Below, one piece after another: positions 50,101-62,100 of a stretch of 64,000 nucleotides of DNA. The notes beneath the pieces are model-generated. The model ran no database searches, was not told the origin of the DNA, and saw only the letters and a list, made by a program, of their open reading frames with translations. The stretch comes from Perna viridis. Lineage: Eukaryota. Location: positions 25,668,001 through 25,732,000 of the forward strand of contig CM074515.1 of the NCBI GenBank assembly GCA_037379345.1, read 5' to 3'. The position numbers and the translations under genes were made by a program. Position 1 is the stretch's first letter; every line of letters starts with the position of its first letter.

Positions 50101-53100
50101 AAATAGCTCAATAAAGAAACTATGCACACTAAGTGTGCACATTCAAACAATGTGACCTGCATTATGTGACAAAGATGGTTAAATCATGCCACCGGCCAGT
50201 GTGTACATTTCAATAATCTGACCTTGACCCCAAGACAAAAATAGATTTTACCAAGTAATCACCGAATGATTTACTAAAGACTTCCAAGAAATATAGTACA
50301 ATGCAATGATTAAATTATCTCCCCATAATATAGATCAGCAAAATCGTACAAAAAATTTATAAGCTCCCATTACTGTCTATGACTATTTAGACACCCAGTA
50401 GATCTGTTGGAGAGATTCGGCTAATGTCTCACCCTCCAACAGAATCTACTGACTGTCTAAATAACCATAGATGGTCATCTGGGAGATTATAACTTATTAT
50501 AGTCCTCTAAAGGAAGGACGTATTTATTTTATACACAATGGACTCACTGACTGTTACCCTGTGACTTTTAACCTTGAATTGAACTGAAGAAATATCATTA
50601 CCGATCCACTGAAGGAGAATCTGTTTCATAACATTTAGAAAAAAAAACTTTATAAAATTGTAGATCAAACATCAAATGGATCAAGAGTGAACATACCATA
50701 TTCACACAATAAAAAATAAAACTGTTATTATATTCAGTATTGGTTATGAACAATTTGCAACTTGTTAGTAAGTAACTCAAACTTACTCTCATATCACATA
50801 CTGCTGAAAAAAGAGTTTTTATTTCATTCTTGATACTAATATTTCATAAAACCTACCAAAAATACATTTTCAGGTTATTATTTATTGATAATTATGGATT
50901 ACTTGTCAATTTTTCTCCCCAAGCAGGTACAACAAGAACACATAGAAAGAATAAAAATAAAAAGGTTGAGCAAAACAAGAAACATGTGAGCGACAGATCA
51001 CTAGTGATACCCTGCTTTCAATCACAATATAAGGAAAATAAATAAAGTCCTCCATAAACAGGAAGTTGTCAAATTTTTCCAAATATTGCATACCTACATA
51101 AAGAATGTGTTAAAATTTCAAACTGCCGTGATGAGTAGTTGCTGAGAAAACTGACAGAAAAAAGTGGATGGAAACAGGCAACAGTATAACCCCCTCTCCT
51201 TCAGAGACTTCAGAGAGAGGGAGTTCTAGGAATAGTTCCTCTTCTTATTTTCCTTACTACAAGAGGGCATTATGAGTCCTCATTTTCACAATAGCATTGT
51301 GGCTCATCAACCTCAACTGCCTTTTAGATGTTATTATGAGTAACCTACATGTATGCAATAAAATAATTATATTGAAGACCAATGGTTGGATAAGTAAATA
51401 CAAGTTTTAATTGGCCAAAAAATTCTATTTTGACCTCAGTCTTTGACTCAAGTTAGTATTTATTTCAGCCAATAAATGTTAACAATGACCTTTGTGAAAG
51501 ACTTACCACTTAACTGTAAAATAAACAACTATTTTTCAGTCTGATATAAAATCTATTTACTATAAATAATTCAAAGGTTGTAAAATTATAACTAAGGATA
51601 CAAAACAAGCATAAAGGTAGAATAAAAAAACCCTAAAGAACTAGCCTGCACACTGGCCAAAAAAGCATAGTTAATTAGGAAACTTCTGGGTTGGCAAGGA
51701 GGAAAACAAAAACAAAAGAAAGGTTACACATATTGCTGAGCAAAAAGAATTTCCCAGTCAGACAGTCTTACCAATTGGGCCAATTAGACAGTCTTTACCA
51801 CTGGGCCAATTAGACAGTCTTTACCATTGGGCCATTTATACTGGCTTTACCATTGGGCCATTTATACTGGCTTTACCAATGGGCAAGTTAAAGATAAGCA
51901 AAGATAACTGATAGATCTTTCCATCCACTTGAAAAGTCATCCTTTATCAGAAGTGACCATTTCATGATTTAATTTATTATTTTCATGCAGTAGAAGTAAA
52001 GGAAAGGATAAACTTATAAGGATAAATCTAACAACTATATTTGGTTGACTTAAAGCCAGGCAAATCATCCCTCATGACTTATTTATTTATGAAAAATAAC
52101 CATTTCATGACATTGACTGCCAATACAACAGACTAAGATTTCTCCATTTCATTTTTTTAAAAAAGCAATCCCAAGCAATGCAAAAAAAGAAAACAATGCA
52201 AAAATTGTATTTCATGCTTTTAAACCATATTTGCAGAAATCTCCTCTATACCTTAGTACTATCCTGTAATTTGAAAAAAAAGAGAATCAAAAAGTAAATT
52301 GAATTAATAAAGGTTAATAAAATAAAATCTTGTGATCTGAATAGAAGTCAATGCTTCAAATACAAAAATCTTGTGATCTGAATAGAAGTCAATGCTTCAA
52401 ATACAAAAATCTTGTGATCTGAATAGAAGTCAATACTTCAAATACAAAAATCTTCTGATCTGAATAGAAGTCAATGCTTCAAATACAGTGATAATACAGC
52501 ATTAAATGAAAAATGTCAAAACAATATCAAAATTGTTAGATATAGCATTTCACAAATTTTTGTGCAAATGTTACACACCAATTTGGATGCCCATAAAAAG
52601 AAGTAAAACATGGTTTTTCTTTGGCAACACTCTTATCAACAAAATCACCATGATAATAACTTTGAATTACTGATTTCCTTGCAACAAAAAAAATTTAAAA
52701 ATGTTTATACTTAAATTCTCTTTTAGATGTCAATTCAACATGATTTTATTTTTTTTTATATAAATTGAAACATGATTTTCAGTTATTGAAATTGTTTGTC
52801 CTTGCTGTCACGACCAAACTATTACTATCATCACCATTAAAATGTCCCCAATGTTACTTCATCATATCCTTACAAAGAAATGTCCCTACTCTTACACAGA
52901 AATGCCACTACTGTTATGTAGTGTCCTTACTGTTTACATGAGCAATCCTCTCTGTAACTGTAACATTACCTGTTTATCTTTGTCACTGTATTCTTTGGTC
53001 ATGTTTGGTTCAATTCCTGCCTGATAATTGGCAATCCTGTTGAGGATCTGAGAAATTTTTCCTCTGGCCTGCAAATCATCCTGAAATACAATCAAGGCGT

Positions 53101-56100
53101 GGTTAAAAATTTTCAGTGTAATTCAATCGGTACAAAAATGGACTGTAGAGAAATATGTGTTGTTAATACTACTGGCATTAAAAAAAAACAACCCTCATAA
53201 TATATCAAAAATATAAATTCACCAAACTACTTGGCAATTCCCCCTTACCACCCAACTCCCCACCCCCCCCCCAAAAAAAAACAAAAAAAAAAATTACTAA
53301 ACAAAACAAAACAAATTAGGCCATCACACAATTACAACTAGAGACAGTTTAAAAACAGAGCAAGTTGAGACAGGGAATCTGTCAAAGAGACAAATATATC
53401 ATCAGACTGCAGAAAAAAATAAATAGAAAAGGCAGACATTGTATTGGCCATCAATGAATGTTTAGAAATTACCTACACCAATAGTCTGTCTTCAAATCGG
53501 CCCTGAAACAATTATGTCTGTTCAACAATAAGACTAATAAGAAAATTGAAAAATTAAGCAACTCTATCGAAAAAAGCAATATATTAGAAGCACATATCTA
53601 CACTTCATGAGTACCATAATTATATTAGGAAAGTATAATTTGTGTTTAGCTTAATGCTTAAAATGTAGCCTTAATCTAGAAATGATATTAAATTAAGATC
53701 CTAGTTATCAGATAAATAATGAAGTAGGAGAGGGACAGTGATGAGGGAGCTAATGGACTTAAATACCATTCCATTTAACTCTCCTTAGTTTGTTGATCAT
53801 TTTAATGAGAAATTTATACTGATGGCATCTTAGAACTGCAAATGCCAATCTATTTCAAAACTTTGCTGACGGGAATAAAACAGGAAAAAAATCTACTGCA
53901 GCTGACTTTCAAGAATGACATAATTGTTGATAATTTTTTAAATAATTGGATGTTTCATTTTTGATGATTCTTGATTTTTTGATGTAAAATCGTAGCACAT
54001 AAGCTAGCTATTCATGTCAAAATGTGTGACTGGTCAATGCTTCTACACATGGATGAAACATCAAAAATGAAACATATAATTCTTTTAATTACATTTGATA
54101 CATCACTCTTATTTAATTTCAGAAATACATAGAAAATATGCAATACACAGTGATCAATAAAAGTAGTCCACTTAACTGAGGCATGGCCTTTATAAACTGC
54201 TGGATGTGTTTCCGACTCATGAAACATCATCTATAAAGCCAATTAGTCAATGAGATAAGCATATTTTAATGACATGCACAGTAAATGTCGTTATGTATAT
54301 GGCAATCATTAATATAAAGAAAAGGCCTATTAAAACATAGATGAATGTAAGGGTGTTGTTGAAAAATCAGTAAACTTTAATGAGATGTACATTCTGTGAA
54401 CAAGAGGCTCTTATTGGAGCTTAATTGTATTGACATTCTATCAATGTTCTTATAATTTTTATTTTTTTTTGTGTGTGTGGTTCTCACCCTAATGCAAATA
54501 CACGTATAGAATGTTAATTCTCCTTTTTTTGGAGGTAAATTAAACTACTGTCAACCTGCTTAATCCAATACCTTTAAATTCCATAATCCTGTATAATTAG
54601 ACACTTCATGACGGTTAAAAATTAATCAACATAATTCATCATTTTCACAAGAATAGGAATCATGATTAATAGTCAACAGCCAACCTACTCTCAAAAGGAC
54701 AGACTGTGAATCTTATTTAGGATAAACAAAGCAAGAATTCTTGATAAATAAATCAAATGGCCATTACCCCTATCCCTCAAGACTTAATGGGAGAAACTAT
54801 ACTGGTGATTTGTCTCACATCAATTATTGTCTTTGATTTCAAAACCATATGTAGTCAATCACAAACTCCATAGAGTTGATGGCACTGATCATTTATCAAT
54901 TCCAGTAACTGATGTTGACACTTCAATGTCTACTGGTGCATTTCTCTTTTTTCAGTAAATGTGAAAAATATATGATTTTACACAAAGTATTACGTCCCCA
55001 GCCACAGTTGTCTGCATGGAAATTTAAAGTTGACAAAGTCCCATAACTACTGTAAAGTTTAACAACAAAATGGAGTGTTACAGGATCAAGTATACATAGG
55101 GCAAGCCACCCTATATAATTTCAGCAAAATCTGATCACCAATAGCATTTGAGGAGTAGATTCAAATAGCACAATAATGGACACCCAGACCTCCATATACA
55201 CTGACATATTGTTAAAGTACTTATTTTTGCTGTTTTCACGGTAGACTGAAAATCACTAAAAATAGTGCCTGCGAAAATGATTTTAAACATTATATAATGC
55301 TTATCTTTTTTTTTTAAATTGCAAAATTGGTACCCATAAATATGTTCACCTAACAAAATCTGCAAAAAATAATATGTTTACAGTATGCAACAAGCATACA
55401 TTTGTACTTGTTACTAAAAAAATTGGCTTGTTTTATGAAATAACTAATAGCATTATAATGATCATTGATTGGTAGATATCACATTCATTTCAAGATGAGA
55501 GCATTCCTTAATATCAAACTAGGAAACTCAGCTTCAAATTTGACCAACATGTAGATAAGTAACTTTTTAACCGGCTAAAAGCAGTTCACATACACTACAG
55601 GCTACAGTTCTTGGGAAGAACAATCACCATTTTATTTGTCTCCCACCTATCGCAAAAGCAGGGGAGTATGGAATTTGTTTTTCCATCCTTACGTCCATCT
55701 GAAAATGGTTTCCAGAGCCTAACTTTTGAACGCCTTCATAGAATTTCACCAAACTTGGACAGTTGAAGGCTTAAAAGGTAAGGAAGACAGTATTTATGTT
55801 GAGGTCAGTAGGTTAAATGTCAAGGTCACAGACATAACAATATAATTTTGCATTTTGCAATATTCCATGACATTTTACTTTGGTTGCGAGGTGGGAGACC
55901 TTGAGCACTGCTCTTATTTTACTTGTAGTCAACCAGTTATAACCTTACTTTCAAAATACCAGTGAAAAGCAGCAACTATTTTCATATGACTTGGACAGTG
56001 ATCAACCAATCAACTGTATACACTGAAGAAGAGGGTGCTACCAGTGAATAGTTGTTTTTATAAAATACATCATCAAAATAATAAATTTAATTAATTCACC

Positions 56101-59100
56101 CATGTAAGGTCTTACTTAACACCCACTGCTGGAACAAATGCCCCCTTTATGTAATACCAAAAATACACTGAACCTAGATCTATGCATTGTAAGAGCATGA
56201 TCAGTGTGTACATGTATGTTGATCAAAAGTAGTCGAAATAAAGATTAGGATGTGTAGTTTAAAATCATATTTGTAATTTACTACTAAAATGTATGAATAT
56301 TGTTTATATGTGTGAGTAATTTGCCTCCATGCTGTCAGTTAGCAGAAAAGGTTAAAATGTAGATTTTCAGTATTATTTATTCAAGTCAATTTTGTAAAAA
56401 TGTGCCATTAGCATAATGACTTTGAAAGCCTTATTTTCCAAGCTTTGCAATGGTACGTAATATAAAGATGTCTTTTGTCCTAAGAATTCACAGTGAAACT
56501 TTGAAAATTATTTTTTTGACATGCAAAGTAAAAGGAACATTAGAAGTGGTAAGTAAGACCAAATTCATTAAAATGGGTTATCTCCCCTTCGCATGCAACT
56601 GACAATAAATATTTCTCTTCATGTATATCTACATCCAATACACAATCTTAATACAGAGCTTAATCAATATCAATAATGTGGTTTATTAGCATTTGTACTT
56701 CAAAATACAAGGAAAATTGGATGGACAGAGATTTCTGTTTACTCCCAAAAAATAACCTTTATGTCTAAATATTGTGATAAGCTTAGAGACCATTTCGTAA
56801 GTATACCTCATAAAGTGCCATTTGGTGTTCGAATGGACTTTCCAGCTCATCATGCACAGCCAATGGTTCACTATCTCGATTCTTGCTTGTATCATCACCT
56901 ATAGAAAATAAAGATCAATATTTGTGAAAATCGAAATAAAGGATAGTTAAAATGTAAACATAATACAAAATTTATGAGTACGTACATGTATGTATCTGGT
57001 ACCAACCCAGTACACTAGGAAGTGGTTTGTGTGACATTGTAATCTTTAATGCTTGGAAGATGACCATACCATGATGAATTTCAAATTTCCAGTGATTTTC
57101 GCCAAAAACATCAATTGCTAAAGACATAATACAAAACTAGAATTTATACTGTAAGCCAAAAATATGTCAAGTAAAAACATTTTTTTTTTGTTCAGGCCTT
57201 TTAAATAGTAATAAATGGCATCATTTGAATTTGGAACATTTTTTCAAATTTTTACAAAAAATATCATTAGTTTCCATGACTACAGAATACAAAATGCCAA
57301 TTAAAAGTGTGCATTCAAGTGAAGCAAAGTTAGGAATTAAAAAATAAACGATTTCATGCCAAAATGATTAAATAATGATTTATAAATATAAGAACTAAAT
57401 TCAAAAGAACTACACAAATTACTTCTTCTGATAAACAAACACAGAAAGATAAGACAAATAACTATTTTGAAATTATTCCAGTATTACACATCATCTTGAA
57501 GGAGAACTAAATTTGATCAACAAGTAAAATCTTCAGAAGTCAATTTTCTAGGGAATACTATCACATAAGCTATCCATCATACTTGCTTTATTTCTGACAA
57601 TGAAAAAGTTTTTCTATTAAATAATATTTGACAATAACAAGTTTTCCTCCTATAATAAAACATCTTGCCAAAAACAAGAGATGAAATCAATTCAAATCAT
57701 GCTTCATACCAAATTGAACACTCTTTTCAAATCAATAGCTAAATTTACAGTTGTTGTTATGATCACAAAGGAGCGAAAAACAAACAAGTTGTTAATGATA
57801 CAAGGAACATGGAATTACTCAATTTTGACAACCCAAACCACCAATTCAGTTTTATTTAAAGTTGTTGTAATTATTTTTACGCAATAACACAATTTAACAG
57901 TATAAACCATGCACAGAAATAACAAATAATTATCACATAAATCTATTTATAGCTATTGTTAAAGTTTTGGTTTGACTTGCATGTATTTTCACTGAACTAG
58001 CTGTCAAGTGCATTAAGTCAAGCTGTGTCAGTAGGAATAAAATGGGTGAAAAAAAAACCCTTTTAATTAAAAACCGAATTAAAGTGGCGAAGACTAGACC
58101 CGTTTGTGCTAACTGTGGGCTAGTTGATGAGCTCAATACACACTACCACGAGGAAAGTTCATTTGTTCTACCCAAGCCCTACCTCATGGAAGTGTTAATT
58201 GAGCATGCTCATCAACTTACCACAAAAGGGTCAATTTCTTGTATTTTGTTATATGTATTTTCAAAAGATTGTTTGTAAAAAACATTAGTCACACCCCTAG
58301 AACCTTCTCCTAAGGCACTTCAATGGAACCATTGCTTTTTCCTTGTGCAACATTGTATACTATTTCTGAAGTCCTGGTTATACCTTATACCTTAAGTCAC
58401 AATCAAATTCTGACCTAAATCAACATAATTGTAACAACAAAGTCAGGAAGACGCACTTCTTCTGGTTAAAGCAAAAAAACAAAAAGAATTTCCTATTTTC
58501 TTTGAAAACTGACCCAATACAGTAACAATATCTTACAACAATGTTTTCTCAAACTTCAAGAAATGGTTAACCATAAACAGCAAGTCATTTCATCTTCATT
58601 AAATTACAGACCTAAATAATACATTAACTGAAACAATGATAATGAAAGTGAAATAAAATAGGCTCAATTCATGCCTGAGTTTGATTAATTTTCTCCTATG
58701 TTACCTCCAGGAAGCAATCAAATCACTGCATTGTCAATTATCAAGTTTTATTTTAGTACACTATTCTCCTCTTCATCTTGACATTTTTACAAACTTTTAA
58801 GCCAATGAGAATATCATACTAAAAAAATATTTCAAGAAAAAACTAGAAATCTATTGTAATCCTGATAACACTGTATTACAGAGTGTATCATTAGTGTAAG
58901 TCTGAAGGTCGAGGACTGTCTATTTCTGACATTGGACTTTTAACATTTCATAAGCATAGGTCCTGGGCCTTTAAATAAATAACATTGAATCTCTAATAAG
59001 GACCTTTGGTTTACATAAGGTGGACTTTTGATTTGAAATCTACAAAGGTCCAGGAACTTCCATCTTCATAAGAATATTTGAATCCCTGGATTCTTTCAAA

Positions 59101-62100
59101 GTACAAAGATTTAACAGGCAAACTTAAATGATATCGTCTGAACTAGGTAACATAAAACTTTGAAAAAAAATATGTCTGAGGATATCTATGTGTTTTTTCT
59201 TTAATCAGTTATGTGTTTTATGATGTGGCACACTTAAGAATATTCACACACTTAATTCAAAAAGTAGTTCACAAAGTTTTGCAGTGCTGGGGCTTAAATG
59301 GTTTCTACATTATATGTTACTTCTTAAATTTTCCTGGTACAGATGGACCATTGAAAGTACTATCATTTTTAGATTAAGAAGTGAGTATTACTAGTAGCAA
59401 CCAGAATTTGGAATCATGGGAGTTAGTAAACTATAAATATGGCATTTCTTTCTTACCCATGAAAATATGCATAATAAACTTATACTAACAAGTACCAGTA
59501 GTATTACAAAAGTTTGAGAGTCACCATATGCACATTTTTCGGCCTGAAATTATCCATTAATACATGTAACAATATGATATATAGCTGGGCACTAGAATTC
59601 CAATTTCTATCTGACATCCTTGACAAGGGTAATTTAGCACAGCGAAACATACACTTGTTCATTTTCAGGTTAATCTCAATTGTGGAGTTTTCTCATAGAA
59701 GGCCAAAAAAAATCAAAAATTCTAGAACACTGTAAAACATCTGCAAATCTATACAAGATGAACAACAAAAATTCCATACCAACCATTTCTACTTATCATT
59801 TTCTGGGTGACCAAATTCTGAGATTGATATCAATATTATGTAAGAGCAAAAAAGCCATACCTATAAGTCAAGCATCATGGCCAGAGGAGCAATAAACCTC
59901 TCTTGATAGAACAAATTAGATTATTTGTCATCCAATATGATCACAAGATGACATCAAGTTAACACTATATTTAGAAAATTGCTTGATTGAATTGTAGTTC
60001 AATTTGCAAATACATGTTTGTTAAATTGAACTACAGGCTTAAGAATAAAAACTGTTATGTTCCAGTCAATTAAGGAGGTAGACCTAGGGTATGGAACATA
60101 ACTCTTACAAATCATTGGAATGTTTGGGTAAAGCATTTTACATCAATTTTATATACGCATTAAAGTAACTTGGAATAATTTCATTCTATTTCAAATGAAA
60201 GCTTGATAGGCTTTGGTGAAATTGAATATGTTGCAAACATATCACCGATTTCAAGAGTTATGTCCCTTACCCCAGTCTACCTCCTTCAAGAGTTGGAAAT
60301 TCACTGAAAATAAGTAACAAGTGCTAAATGCAAATGTTTTATAATTTTGCTATATAAATATTTAAAATTTTCATAATTCTTGCCAGTCCTGGGCAAAAGT
60401 TATTAGTCTCACACTTACACTATCAGAATATCATAATATAGCGCATCATGTGAAAAACTACTCTTTAAAGTGTTGATATTCAATAAACTGAAATTATTCA
60501 GACCTTCGAACAATTATAACAAACAATTGTGTTAAGTAAATTTAACTAGACTTTTTTGAGTTATTGCCCATAATGTAAGTATGACGTAAATTAATCACAT
60601 TGCCCAACATGGAAAACATTTACCCTTCCCCCTCTGTAAAAAAAAAACATTCTCTACACCCTGAAACTGAAATTCAATATTTTTTCAACAAGTATACACA
60701 CTATTATTAGACCATCATCATAATAAAAATTTGGGTAGAGTTTGAAGTATACTGAACAACAAATTCTCAAGTTATGGAAGGTCTGTATTATGACAGACAG
60801 ACAGACTAACAATTCATGGCAGGGACATTATTATACAAGTATATCAAAATATGTCCATTCTTTGATGTGCATATAAAAATGAAATGTGGCTTCTCTTCGT
60901 AAAAACTAACATTGTGACAATAAATTTTCAAAACCCCTTTTAGCATTTTTGATTTCTATATATAACAAGAATGGATATGATGAATACGTCAAAGAGACAA
61001 CAACCTCAACTAAATGTCAGCTCAAGGCCAACCATGAGTCTTTTATGTCAATGATGAGGTTACCCTCATACTACAGGGGAAGTGCAGCTTGCCCTAAGAC
61101 AACATTACATACAGGTACAGTGAAACAGTTGCCTCTAGATACTCAAGCAACATAAAAGTGACAAAGAAATGCATATGGATGGAGAGCGGTAACCCCAAAA
61201 ATATTCTCTGAGAGACTGACATACAATAAAACCATGCTTATAGAGTCTGTGCCTCAATAAGCCTTGAGGAACATATCAAATACCTGCTTTCATCAATAGT
61301 TTAAAAACATCAAAAGCTTTTTATAAACCATGAACTATTTGTTTCGTCATTAATGCACAATTCTTTTAAATCACATTGGATTGGTTCCAAATATTAGCTT
61401 TTCTAGTATTAAGTGTAACAAATATTGTTTAAAATTTCCTAGGTCTTGCAAAGAACCTTCAACATCAAGGAAAGTGAATAATAGGTAATTTTTTGCCATT
61501 ACCCAAGTGTGCCATATCTAAATCAAGTAAAAACTGATAAATTGTCTACACAAGTAGAAATTCAGCTAACTTACAAAATAAAAATGTTAACATACATAAT
61601 ATATGGTTCAGAAAATAGTTTAAGAAGGTTTTGGCAAAGAATGACAGGTTTAAATGTTGGAAGATAATTTCTTAATAAGAGAACTAAATGACCTACTTAA
61701 AATGATCAGTATATATTCACTAATTAAAATTTAGGGCATAAAAAATGTTAGTTTCAAAGCATTTGGATCCTTATTGACTGAATGCCTTTAAAGTATTAAG
61801 TCTCCATTCAGTGATACCCCACCATGTATACAGGCAAAATTATTTCACATAATTTTCACATGAATTTCACATGATTTTCATCTGAATTGAGCAAATAAAC
61901 TAAGTGACAGAGTTCACATGAAATTCGGGTGAATGGAACCTTCACGTGAAATTCACATGAAAAGTTCACATGAAATTCGTGTTTAGTGAATTTCACATTA
62001 AAATCATGTTAATTTCATGTGACTTTCACATGCATTTCATGTGAAGCTCAATTAACATGAATTTCACGTGAAAAATATTTGCCTGTGTAATGGTGAAAAA

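Noticed and set aside
51590-51602. GTATCCTT U12-like donor on - (and one on + near 39304)
   Set aside because: No adjoining exon or matching U12 branch site, and the KCC frame is complete without it.
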